64,000 nt of DNA, taken from a virus. Within the stretch, counting starts at the first letter, position 1. Each line of letters opens with the position of its first letter. Below, piece by piece: positions 36,862 through 46,902 of this stretch. Under the pieces are notes generated by a model. It was not told where the DNA came from, searched no databases, and saw only the letters and a list, made by a program, of their open reading frames with translations. The translations under genes were made by a program, and so were the position numbers. The stretch lies in IMG/VR virus record IMGVR_UViG_3300027779_000018, positions 17,952 to 81,951 of that record. One strand, 5' to 3'.

Positions 36862-38763
36862 ATGACTGAGACAAGTGAAGTTAAACCTTTAGAAGAAACC
36901 ATATCAGATTCGTTCCCATGTCCTGAAGGGGACATATTTGACCTACCAACAAAAGAAGAAATTGTAAACGCATTTAATGAAATAGCTGCGTTGCCTGGCA
37001 AGATGGTTGGAAAAGTCCAAGAGATGAAGGCTGAGAAGGAAAAGGAAATTGCAGCTTTATATAAGTCTTTAGAGGATGCAGATACAGAAGAAGCTAGAGC
37101 TGCGATAAACAAACAGATTGCAGAGAAAGAAAATTACATCAAGACTCAAATCGAGGGTGTGATACAGAAAGAGATTGATGACGTTGTAGAAACTGTTGAA
37201 GAATTTGTTGATGTACTAAGTGACATCTTATCCCCATATTGGGATAAAGAAGGTTTAAATCGTGACTGGCAAAAAGAGGCAAGAGATGCCTTTGAACAAT
37301 TACTTCAAGAGTTCCATCTTTATATACCAGTAAAAATTGCTGAATTATTGTCTAAGTTAGTTCCTATTAGTTTTGCAATTAATGTTTTGGGTATTCAGAT
37401 TGATGTGTTAAAACTAGTCAGCAGTCCTTCTTATCAAAAAGAATTGCAAGACCAAATTTCGGGTATCAATTTTGATTTACAAATAGTAGAGAAGTTTAAA
37501 GAACTTCAAAAGATTAATGATAAAATAACAAAACTGGTGGAAGAGTTAGCAGACCCCGACATTAGTATGGAAGACCATATAAAGAAATCGGAAGAATTGT
37601 TTGCACTAGAGGAAGAAAAGAAAACAATTCTTGGGGCGATTGATATAATCTACGATTTAAAAGATGGGTTTATTGATAAGTTTTGGCAACTTGTTCCTGA
37701 AGAGTTTAGACAATTTGATGGTGAATTCGGAGTAGTAGACAACAAAGCAAAAGCAAAGATAATTTGGAAATGGATTAAAAAGGAAATTAAAGAGTGGTTG
37801 CAGAATTGGTATCTTAAAGCAATCCAAAAGTTACTAAGTCTCTTTGAGACGATTTGGAACTTGTTAGGTTTACCCGAATTACCCATCCAAATATTAATAG
37901 ACATTATCAATTTTGATGTAAAGGCATTTATAACAAGTGCAATCAAAGCCATGAAAGATGCATGGAAAAAGTTGAAAGAAAGTTTACAGACAGACCTACA
38001 AAAAATAGAAGGTAAGATTGCAAAGGTTAAAGAACAATTAGCAGACCCCGACATTAGTATGGAAGACCATATAAGATTATCAACAGAGTTAGATACACTA
38101 GAAAAAGAATACAAAAAGAAACAGGAAGAGATACTTTCAGCTAAAGATGCATTTGTAAAACTGATTAAAGATACTATACTAGACCTTCAAATCTTTGGTT
38201 TTAGTATAGGAAAAATTTTAGGTGCTTCAATAAAATCAACTACTGAATCAATTGAAGAAGAAATTTCTGAAATGTTATTCGCACTGGAAGAATTTAAAAT
38301 AAATTTCCATAAGAAGATACTGTTTGAATGGGTAACGCTAGTTAAGAAGTTTTTCTCAGCAATAGGATTGGGTGCAATTTTTGATTTCTTAACGATCACC
38401 TTATGTGACTTCTTAAAATTAATCGGTATGCCCATGGGAATTAATTTACAGTTACCAGCGATAGCAGGTGTTATAAGTGTGGTCACAAAAGAAACTGTTC
38501 ATAAACCTCACCCACAAAAAGACTATGGTAGTGACGATGGAGTTGCATTTACTAAAGTGAAGGTAGAAGATGATATAGATAAAACAGAATTCTCAGTCAC
38601 AACTGGAAGTGGAACAATTCATGCATTTGTTGATGGAGTGGAAGTTGAAGCAGGAAGTGGAATGTCAGTTTCAGGAAACACAGTGACGTTTGATACTGCA
38701 CCATTGACTCAGTTGGAATATGATGCTGGAATTACAAAAGATGTTTCATTAATTAAGATATAG
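36862..38763 (+). CDS. large helical protein with an internal duplication, probably virion-associated
   Basis: Coiled coils alternating with hydrophobic helices; LADPDISMEDHI twice; small C-terminal beta module. Confidence 0.75.
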   Translation: MTETSEVKPLEETISDSFPCPEGDIFDLPTKEEIVNAFNEIAALPGKMVGKVQEMKAEKEKEIAALYKSLEDADTEEARAAINKQIAEKENYIKTQIEGVIQKEIDDVVETVEEFVDVLSDILSPYWDKEGLNRDWQKEARDAFEQLLQEFHLYIPVKIAELLSKLVPISFAINVLGIQIDVLKLVSSPSYQKELQDQISGINFDLQIVEKFKELQKINDKITKLVEELADPDISMEDHIKKSEELFALEEEKKTILGAIDIIYDLKDGFIDKFWQLVPEEFRQFDGEFGVVDNKAKAKIIWKWIKKEIKEWLQNWYLKAIQKLLSLFETIWNLLGLPELPIQILIDIINFDVKAFITSAIKAMKDAWKKLKESLQTDLQKIEGKIAKVKEQLADPDISMEDHIRLSTELDTLEKEYKKKQEEILSAKDAFVKLIKDTILDLQIFGFSIGKILGASIKSTTESIEEEISEMLFALEEFKINFHKKILFEWVTLVKKFFSAIGLGAIFDFLTITLCDFLKLIGMPMGINLQLPAIAGVISVVTKETVHKPHPQKDYGSDDGVAFTKVKVEDDIDKTEFSVTTGSGTIHAFVDGVEVEAGSGMSVSGNTVTFDTAPLTQLEYDAGITKDVSLIKI

Positions 38764-38787
38764 AGTTAACTAACCCCTCACTCATGG

Positions 38788-38795
38788 TATAAATA
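38788..38795 (+). promoter_or_regulatory. T4 late promoter
   Basis: TATAAATA; also at 45356, 58747, 62566 (+) and 32006-32013, 32479-32486 (-). Confidence 0.85.
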
Positions 38796-38800
38796 GATAT

Positions 38801-39223
38801 ATGGCAATAGATATAACCAACGAAGCAAAAACCGTAGCTACCTCTAAAGGCACATACAGGGATTTAGATTTACTTTTTCGTGCGCACCCTCAGACTGGAG
38901 ATGTAGTGGTACGAACCGATGCCGAGGCAGTTAAGAGATCAGTTAGAAATATCATATTAACCAATCATTATGAACGACCATTTAAGCCAGGCTTTGGTGG
39001 TTCTATCAGAGACCTTCTATTTGAGTTGAATACGAGCAGACAGTTAAAGAAGGTACAGAGAAGACTTAAAGATATGTTGGAAGCATTTGAACCTAGAGTT
39101 AAGGATGTAGTGGTGAGTATCTTAACTCAAGATAGTAATGAAGTTAATTTAAACATACAGTATTCGATTATAAATATAGCACGCAACCAAGCGTTAGACC
39201 TCACAGTAACAAGGGCAAGATAA
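38801..39223 (+). CDS. 25: gp25 baseplate wedge subunit
   Basis: YRDLDL.F..HP, AVKRSVRN...T...ERPF.P.FG, FEPRV. Confidence 0.92.
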   Translation: MAIDITNEAKTVATSKGTYRDLDLLFRAHPQTGDVVVRTDAEAVKRSVRNIILTNHYERPFKPGFGGSIRDLLFELNTSRQLKKVQRRLKDMLEAFEPRVKDVVVSILTQDSNEVNLNIQYSIINIARNQALDLTVTRAR

Positions 39224-39224
39224 C

Positions 39225-41096
39225 ATGGCAATTAAAAGTTCACAAATAAACGTAACCGATTTAGATTTTGATGATATAGCAACTAATTTAAAAGGGTTTC
39301 TACAAGGACAAACCCAGTTAAAGGATTACGATTTTGAAGGTTCAACCATGTCAGTATTGGTTGACCTACTTGCATATGCATCACACATTAGTGCAGTCAA
39401 TACTAATATCGCAGGAAGTGAATTGTTCTTGGATTCTGCTCAGATCAGAAAGAATGTAGTTTCTCGTGCAAAGGACTTGGGATTTATCCCTGCGTCTGAA
39501 ACAAGTGCAACTGCAATTGTAGATATAGCCATAAAGAATGTTAGGAATGCAGATGGAACTTACCCGACAGTTAGTGAAATGTCTCTTCTAAGAGGAAGTC
39601 AATTTAGAACAATATATGATGGGAACCAATATTTCTTTGTTGTTCCCAATACAGTAAAACCAATACAAAATGGTGGGACATATAATCTAACAAGTGTTCC
39701 ATTAGTACAAGGAACATATGCTTCGGATACATTTGTTTTTGACAACCAAGTTGGTAATCCAAAATTTGTATTATCCAACGAAAGGGTTGACAGATCAAGA
39801 TTAGAGATAGCCGTAAACTCAGGTGGGGTTTCAACAACTTATACACTATCTACTGATGTGTCAATGATTAAAACCACTTCAAAGGTTTATTACGCACAAG
39901 AGAATGAAGATGGGTTTGTTGAAATTTATTTTGGAGATGGTACACTAGGTGCATCTCTAGTAGATGGTGACATTATCGAAGCCACTTATGTTATTGTAGA
40001 TGATACCCATTGTAATGGAACAAAAACTTTTACACAGATAACAGCTGTTAATGGTTATACAGATTCAACAGTGACTATAAAACAAGCTGCAGAAGGTGGT
40101 ATAGAGAAAGAGTCCATTGAATCAATCAAATTTAAAGCAACAAAGTTCTATACATCTCAGAACAGACTGGTAACACTGAATGACTACAAAGCAAAGGTCA
40201 GTGAGTATTACCCGAATGCAGATGCAGTTGCAGTATGGGGTGGAGAAGATAATGACCCACCACAATACGGAAAAGTGTTTCTTGCAATCAAACCTCTAAA
40301 CTCAGATTATCTTTCAGACACAGAGAAGAAAAACATTACCTCTAAGTTAAAAAGTTTGAACATGTTAACAGTAAGGCCTGAGATAATTGATGCAGAGATA
40401 ATTAAAGTTCTTATATCCTCAACTTTTAAATACAACGAAAGAGGAACAACTTTATCAAAAGGTGAATTAGAATCATTGGTAACAACAACTATCAATAATT
40501 ATGATAACCTTAAGTTAACAAACTTTGATTCAATCTTTAGACACTCAAATTTAGTTAAAGACATTGATGAGGCTCATGGAGCAATCATGAGTAACACTAC
40601 TAACATTAGATTGAAAAAGAGTTTACCTGCGAAGACAGGACAACTCTTAAGTTACACTATACTCTTTGGAAATGGATTATACAATCCTAACTCAGGGTAC
40701 AATGCAACTAGTGGTGGTATAACAACCACAACAGGATTTTATGCACTTGGTGATGCAACCAATATCCATTACTTCGATGACGATGGTAATGGAAATTTGA
40801 GAAGGTATTACCTCTCAGGTGCAACAAGAATATATGTAGATAAGACAGCTGGAACAGTTGATTACACTACAGGAAAAATTTCGATTGAAAGCATCAGTTT
40901 TACTTCAACAGTAAATGCAGATGCAACAATTGACTTCACAATGATACCTCTCAGCAGTGATGTTGTTGCAACGCGAGGAATCTTAGTTGATATCTCGTCT
41001 GCTGATATAAAGGTAGCAGGTGAGATAGACACCATCGCAAGTGGTGAATCGAGTGCTGGTGTAGGGTTTAATTCTACATCGAACTCAACATATTAA
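39225..41096 (+). CDS. 6: gp6 baseplate wedge subunit
   Basis: LDFD.I..NL, DYDFEGS, FLDSA..R..VVS.AK.LG, QNR.VT..DY, WGGEDN.PP.YGKV. Confidence 0.95.
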   Translation: MAIKSSQINVTDLDFDDIATNLKGFLQGQTQLKDYDFEGSTMSVLVDLLAYASHISAVNTNIAGSELFLDSAQIRKNVVSRAKDLGFIPASETSATAIVDIAIKNVRNADGTYPTVSEMSLLRGSQFRTIYDGNQYFFVVPNTVKPIQNGGTYNLTSVPLVQGTYASDTFVFDNQVGNPKFVLSNERVDRSRLEIAVNSGGVSTTYTLSTDVSMIKTTSKVYYAQENEDGFVEIYFGDGTLGASLVDGDIIEATYVIVDDTHCNGTKTFTQITAVNGYTDSTVTIKQAAEGGIEKESIESIKFKATKFYTSQNRLVTLNDYKAKVSEYYPNADAVAVWGGEDNDPPQYGKVFLAIKPLNSDYLSDTEKKNITSKLKSLNMLTVRPEIIDAEIIKVLISSTFKYNERGTTLSKGELESLVTTTINNYDNLKLTNFDSIFRHSNLVKDIDEAHGAIMSNTTNIRLKKSLPAKTGQLLSYTILFGNGLYNPNSGYNATSGGITTTTGFYALGDATNIHYFDDDGNGNLRRYYLSGATRIYVDKTAGTVDYTTGKISIESISFTSTVNADATIDFTMIPLSSDVVATRGILVDISSADIKVAGEIDTIASGESSAGVGFNSTSNSTY

Positions 41097-41179
41097 TTAT
41101 GTATAAAGTGGTGTGAGATGGTAGGTTCCATGCTCACAGTAGCATCCCATTAACTTGGTTTTTATAGGAGAAAACAACA

Positions 41180-41668
41180 ATGGCAGATAAAAAAATAAGT
41201 GCATTAACACAGGTTTCTGATTCAGATATCGGTGCTGATGATTTACTACATATCGTAGATAATCCCGGCGGAACGCCCGTCAACAAGAAAATGACTATTG
41301 GTCAAATGTTTGAAAATATCCCTACTCACTTAGCAGTAGATGATATTACAACTTTGACTGCAACTGCATCAAACCTTGCCTCATCATTCGCAACCGCGAT
41401 TAATTTGTCAGGTGCGTCAGGAAACGTAGCATTTACATTAGACAATGGAACAGATACAGGACAATTGAAAGTAATTTATGCTTCTCATGAACCTGCCTCT
41501 TCTTATGTCGCAAATATTACTGTAACCTCTTGGGGTTCGAGCGGAACTGGTACAAACCAAATCGTTCTTTCAACTTTAGGTGAATCAGCAGTATTAATTT
41601 GGAATGGTTCAAACTGGTTTGTAATTGCAGACTCAGGAATCACTTCATCAAGAGCAGCCATTACTTAA
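41180..41668 (+). CDS. virion structural/fibre protein
   Basis: MADKKISALT...DD...IVD...VNKK.T N-terminus; W.G.NW C-terminus. Confidence 0.7.
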   Translation: MADKKISALTQVSDSDIGADDLLHIVDNPGGTPVNKKMTIGQMFENIPTHLAVDDITTLTATASNLASSFATAINLSGASGNVAFTLDNGTDTGQLKVIYASHEPASSYVANITVTSWGSSGTGTNQIVLSTLGESAVLIWNGSNWFVIADSGITSSRAAIT

Positions 41669-41682
41669 TACGAGTATAATCT

Positions 41683-44600
41683 ATGTCACATGAAAAATAT
41701 GTCAAGGAAAGACTCTCACACAGACTTCCCTCTTTACTCCCTGAGTATTTAAGAGAAGAATCTCCTGCGTTTGAGGCCTTTCTAAAAGCATACTTTGAAT
41801 ACCTTGAGGCAGAAGTATTAGTACTTAAATCTCAAAGTGATATAGATGGTTTCTTATCCGAGGACGGTACTGGTAGTCTACTCCTAGAGAAGGCCACCAG
41901 TCACCCCTCACCTGATGAAGATTCATCAAAAATTCGTCAAGAAAGAAATGCACTAAATCCTATTCAGGATGCAGACCCTTTCAAGCTTGGTGAATACATT
42001 GTCGGAAAGACAAGTAAGTCCGTTGCAAAAATCGAGGTAATCAACGGTAATACACTTTACCTCAAATCAATTTCAGGTAATGGTTTTGCATCAAATGAAA
42101 CTGTTACAGGAAGGGTGTCTCAACAAACAGGTATAGTTAGTACATTTAAAGAGAATAACATCCTTGCCAACAATCGACTATTAGATTATTCTGATATCGA
42201 TAACACGACAGAAGACTTCTTAGAGTATTTCCAAAAGGACTTCATGCCATCATTAGATTTGGCATCTCTAAAGAACAAACGATTAACAATCAAAAATATC
42301 AAAGACCTTTATAAAAAGAAAGGTACAGCCGAGTCAATAGAATTCTTAATGAGAATTTTGTATGCTCAAGACGCAACAATAAGATATCCAATCAATGAGA
42401 CAATCCATTTAAGTGAGTCGGGATATACACAGCAAAGAAGACTAAGAGTAACAATGGATTCAGGAATTCCTGAAGCAAACGATAGAATTACTGCATACGA
42501 TGGGACTGCCATTATTGCACAAGCTGTCATTGAGAATGTATGGATTGATGATGCTGATGCTGGACTGTATGCATTTGAAATAATGAACAACCATATAGGA
42601 ACCTTTACTAAGGATCAAGCAGTAACAATTTTAGATCGCGATGGTGTAACGACACTTACTGGAAAAATCAATGGTATTATTTCAGATGTTACAACAGGTT
42701 CATCGACTTACTTCGATCATGAAGATAGTGGTGACATACTTTTAGAATCAGGTCTAGCTGCAGTCTATAGTGGAACTTATGACGGAAGTCAATTAAATAC
42801 AGAAGCTACTCATGGTGGTGGTGCATTACTAGAAACTAAAACATATCCTTTTGGTTCACTGTACACCATGAACGACAAGATAAACATTGTTGGTGGTAAA
42901 TCTGATACAGATACTACAGAATGTCTTGCAGTAATTAATGGATTAATTGAAGGTCAAATTTCAGAAATCTTGATTGAAACCGCAGGTATAAATTATGAAG
43001 CAGGTGACATGGTTGTATTTGAAGGTGGAGAAGGTGGCAATGCAGAAGCAGTCATTGGTTCTACTGGAGATGAGATTCTATTAGAAGGTGGTTCAACATT
43101 TGGACACTACGAGATCACCACAATTACAAACCAAACCCAAATAGGTGGAGCTGGTGTTAAAGATAACAATGGACACTTTATCATCTTCAATGATAATGCA
43201 CTCGATGTATATCTTGATGGTATTCTTAAAACTCCAACCGTAGATTACACTTGGAAAAATGACAGGGTAGTGTTTGGAAGTGCGTGTTCAGCAGGTCAAT
43301 TAGTAGAACTTTATACTGAGTATAACAGAGTTGTATACGAAGATGGAAGTTCCATCGACTATGACGGTTATATGAATGGTGCAACTAGAGTTGCTGATGA
43401 TGGAAGAATCAGAAGTATCCTCATTAAGGACGGTGGAAAATTTAAAGAGATTCCTAAAATATATCCCGGCGGATACATTTATTGTGCAGACCCATCATTG
43501 TTTGAAAAAGGTGAAGTAGTCACAGGAACAACCTCAGAAGCAACTGGAACTATTGTAAGATTAGACAGTGAAAACAAACGACTTCTTATCAAAAGACTCC
43601 CAACAGACACAGGAGTGTTTGCAGTTGCAGAATTAATAACAGGTGGAAGCTCTGAAAATACTGATACTATAGTACAAACAACTGTATCCAGTGGAACAGG
43701 TGCAAAACTTTATTGTTATTCAGATACCATTGGTGGTGTTGGATCAATAAACATTAGAAACCAAGGTAACAAGTTTGATGCTGACGGACTCGTGTCAGGA
43801 ACTTCATACTTCCCTATGTTGATTAAGACACCTAGTGCAAACTTAACAAAAGGTTTAGTTCTTACTGGTACGTTATCGGGAACCACTGCTGAAGTTATCA
43901 CATACAATAGTGATACACACATTCTAACTTACACAACTAATGCTGGTGGCTTCTATGATAACGAGAAAGTTACCTATAACATTTCCGATTCCTTCCAAAC
44001 ACTTAAATCCAATACCTTTGATGGTCGTGGTTTATTTGCAGGGGAAGGTATCATTGAAGAACAGATGGTTGGAGATTATGGAACACTTAATGCAGAGGCA
44101 TCAAGAGTTCAAGACAGTAAATTCTATCAATCACATTCATATGTAGTTAAGGTTGGAGAGTCTATTAATAAGTGGAGAGGTATTGTTAAAGACTTACTTC
44201 ACCCTGCTGGCCATGTATTCTTTGGTGAGGTTGCACTTAAACAATCAATCAACACAGTTGTAAGTGAACAGTTCAGATTTATGCCGACTATCATCATTCA
44301 TGGCGACCCAACACTAGCTGTACCAACACCGTTTTCAAATTCATCTAGAAAGATAATGTTCTATACCCTTTCGGATGAGATGAATGATCCATTCACAGTT
44401 CTAAAAGAAGCAGGACAACCAGCATACAACACAGACCCTACAACTGGTGGTGCTTTATCAGCATTCGCAATGGTAGCGGGAGTACAGACAGGAGAGGGAA
44501 CAGAATTCTACGACTCTATGATGAGAAGTAGACACATGAACGTCCACAGAATTAAGTCTGTTGATGTAGCAAGTGTACAAACAGGTACTTATTCACATGA

Positions 44601-45348
44601 CGGTATTCCAACAGTTCTTTCATTAGACTGGAATGATAACGGATGGTTGAATGGTCGAAGTGAAATGTTATACAGGAAAGCACAAGACGGAAAAATTATA
44701 CAACTGTATAATCCTAACCACGAAAGTCTAATATTAGAGGATGGTGGTTTAATAGAACAAGAATCCGTTCCAAACTATTTAAGGTTTGATGAAAGAATAG
44801 CAGGAGAAGTATACTTTCAGGGAGACTATGGAGAACGTATAGTAACAGAAGATGGTTTAGATTTGATTAACACAGAAGATGCAACGGTACTTAATGAAGT
44901 ACAGCATTTTGTATCAGAAAGATCAATAGAATTAGAGTCTGGCGGAATATATTTTGAGGACGGAGACAGAATAGCAACTGAATCAGGACAAGCATTCATC
45001 CAAGAGGACATGTCCGAAATAGGAATTACTTCGTATGTTCCATTAGGAAGTACTTTAAGGAGTCTAAATACCATTACTGGTCAAAGAATATTTGATATTT
45101 CATATTATCTAAAAGATGAAACAGATAATGATGATATTGCATTAGAAGACGGTATACCTAATGGTGCATCGGGATACAGTAGTGCAGGTAGTTCATTCTT
45201 AATGAGTGAATTATCAAAGGCAGAGGGATTAAGGATTCAAGATTTAACATCGTATTACCCCAACTTCTTTATACCCGAATATGAGAATCAAGAAAGAAAA
45301 CGAACAAATATTACATACAGTGCATACATTAAGTCTGCAACTGCATAA
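41683..45348 (+). CDS. 7: gp7-like baseplate wedge initiator
   Basis: F..FL.AYFEYLE, IK.IKD.Y..KGT, QDS.FYQ..SYVVK, HPAG..FFGE; lies between gp6 and gp8. Confidence 0.8.
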   Translation: MSHEKYVKERLSHRLPSLLPEYLREESPAFEAFLKAYFEYLEAEVLVLKSQSDIDGFLSEDGTGSLLLEKATSHPSPDEDSSKIRQERNALNPIQDADPFKLGEYIVGKTSKSVAKIEVINGNTLYLKSISGNGFASNETVTGRVSQQTGIVSTFKENNILANNRLLDYSDIDNTTEDFLEYFQKDFMPSLDLASLKNKRLTIKNIKDLYKKKGTAESIEFLMRILYAQDATIRYPINETIHLSESGYTQQRRLRVTMDSGIPEANDRITAYDGTAIIAQAVIENVWIDDADAGLYAFEIMNNHIGTFTKDQAVTILDRDGVTTLTGKINGIISDVTTGSSTYFDHEDSGDILLESGLAAVYSGTYDGSQLNTEATHGGGALLETKTYPFGSLYTMNDKINIVGGKSDTDTTECLAVINGLIEGQISEILIETAGINYEAGDMVVFEGGEGGNAEAVIGSTGDEILLEGGSTFGHYEITTITNQTQIGGAGVKDNNGHFIIFNDNALDVYLDGILKTPTVDYTWKNDRVVFGSACSAGQLVELYTEYNRVVYEDGSSIDYDGYMNGATRVADDGRIRSILIKDGGKFKEIPKIYPGGYIYCADPSLFEKGEVVTGTTSEATGTIVRLDSENKRLLIKRLPTDTGVFAVAELITGGSSENTDTIVQTTVSSGTGAKLYCYSDTIGGVGSINIRNQGNKFDADGLVSGTSYFPMLIKTPSANLTKGLVLTGTLSGTTAEVITYNSDTHILTYTTNAGGFYDNEKVTYNISDSFQTLKSNTFDGRGLFAGEGIIEEQMVGDYGTLNAEASRVQDSKFYQSHSYVVKVGESINKWRGIVKDLLHPAGHVFFGEVALKQSINTVVSEQFRFMPTIIIHGDPTLAVPTPFSNSSRKIMFYTLSDEMNDPFTVLKEAGQPAYNTDPTTGGALSAFAMVAGVQTGEGTEFYDSMMRSRHMNVHRIKSVDVASVQTGTYSHDGIPTVLSLDWNDNGWLNGRSEMLYRKAQDGKIIQLYNPNHESLILEDGGLIEQESVPNYLRFDERIAGEVYFQGDYGERIVTEDGLDLINTEDATVLNEVQHFVSERSIELESGGIYFEDGDRIATESGQAFIQEDMSEIGITSYVPLGSTLRSLNTITGQRIFDISYYLKDETDNDDIALEDGIPNGASGYSSAGSSFLMSELSKAEGLRIQDLTSYYPNFFIPEYENQERKRTNITYSAYIKSATA

Positions 45349-45381
45349 ATAGTATTATAAATATCTAGGAGATAGAAACAA

Positions 45382-46848
45382 ATGGCAGCAATAATCACAG
45401 AAAAGTTTAGAGTGCATAACGCTAGACAATTCAAAGAAGACTTTGGAGAAAGTGCTTCTTCAACATACATATTCATAGGTCGATCAAATTCGTGGCCTAT
45501 AGATACATCCCCCCCAACACCAGTAAACGGAACTTCAGAGGAAGTTGATGCGTTTTCTGATATGATTGCACTTAAGAAAGTAGCAACTGCTGATGTGTCT
45601 CATGGATTAACAAGATACGACTGGACTACAGGAGTTACATACGATGAGTACGCACACGATTACTCAGCAAGTAATACTTCTCCTTCAGGTGCAACAAGTT
45701 TGTTTGCATCAAAGTTCTATGTTATGACAGACGAGTATCATGTTTACAAATGTCTCAGAACTGGAAAAGATTCAAATGGTGCTAATGTTGCTTCAACAGT
45801 TAAACCAACAGGAACTTCCGCAACGACATTAGTATCAACCTCAGATACAGGTGCAACTCGTTATGGTTACGTTTGGAAATATATGTATACTGTTACTGCC
45901 TCAGATACTATTAAATTCGTAACTAACGATTTCATCCCAGTTAAAACATTGGGAGCTCAAACAGAAATCAATGGAGACCTAGGTGCTTACGGTTCAGCTG
46001 GAACAGATGACGGTTCATCTCAGTATGATGTCGAAGTAGCAGCAGTAGATGGTGGAGTTCACCATGGAGTAGTTACTGCTGGTGGTTCAGGTTACACCAA
46101 TGGTGATGGTTCATATGAATCAGTTCCTATCGTAGGAGACGGTTCAAATGGAGTATGTACAGTCCATATCGCTGGTGGTGCAGTAACACATATTACTGTA
46201 ACAAATCCCGGCACTGGGTACAAACGAGCTCAAGTTCTTATTGCAACAACCACATCGGGTCTTTCGGGAATCGGTTCAGGAACAGGTGCAGTAGTCAATT
46301 GTATTATTTCACCATCATACGGCCATGGTGCTGATATGGTTTCAGAATTAGGTGGAAACTACATCATCGTTAACTCTAGATTAGAGTTTGCTGAAGGTTC
46401 AGGTGACTTCCCAACTGATAATGACTTCCGTAGAATTGGACTGATCCAAGACCCATTCACAGTTGGCACTACTGCAGTTGCAACAGCAGCTTCAATGGCA
46501 GCTTATAGTCAAATGACCTTATCATCAGTAACAGGAATTGCAGTAGACAGTATTATTGCAAATGCAAGTGCAGATGGTTCAGGTGTAGCAGTATCAAGAG
46601 TTATTTCAATAACAGGAACAGTAGTTTCACATATCCCAATAGCAAATAGTGCTGGTGGTTTTGCTAACTTCGCAGCATCGGCTGCGGTTTATGTTGGTTC
46701 TTCTCAGAAAGCAACAGTGTCATCCGTGAACGGTGCATTCCCTGAAGTACAGAGATACTCAGGTCAGGTAATGTACATTGAGAATCGTGGTGCTGTTACA
46801 AGAGCGGCAGACCAAATCGAAGATATTAAATTAATTATTGAAATGTAA
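45382..46848 (+). CDS. 8: gp8 baseplate wedge subunit
   Basis: MAAIIT..FR..NA, R.DW..G..YD, VYKCL, Y.WKYMYT, NDFRRIG, YIENR....R..DQ.EDIK. Confidence 0.92.
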   Translation: MAAIITEKFRVHNARQFKEDFGESASSTYIFIGRSNSWPIDTSPPTPVNGTSEEVDAFSDMIALKKVATADVSHGLTRYDWTTGVTYDEYAHDYSASNTSPSGATSLFASKFYVMTDEYHVYKCLRTGKDSNGANVASTVKPTGTSATTLVSTSDTGATRYGYVWKYMYTVTASDTIKFVTNDFIPVKTLGAQTEINGDLGAYGSAGTDDGSSQYDVEVAAVDGGVHHGVVTAGGSGYTNGDGSYESVPIVGDGSNGVCTVHIAGGAVTHITVTNPGTGYKRAQVLIATTTSGLSGIGSGTGAVVNCIISPSYGHGADMVSELGGNYIIVNSRLEFAEGSGDFPTDNDFRRIGLIQDPFTVGTTAVATAASMAAYSQMTLSSVTGIAVDSIIANASADGSGVAVSRVISITGTVVSHIPIANSAGGFANFAASAAVYVGSSQKATVSSVNGAFPEVQRYSGQVMYIENRGAVTRAADQIEDIKLIIEM

Positions 46849-46902
46849 TATCGGGAATTCAATTTCCCCTTTTACATAAATTAAAAACTAGAGTTAAGGA
46901 AT

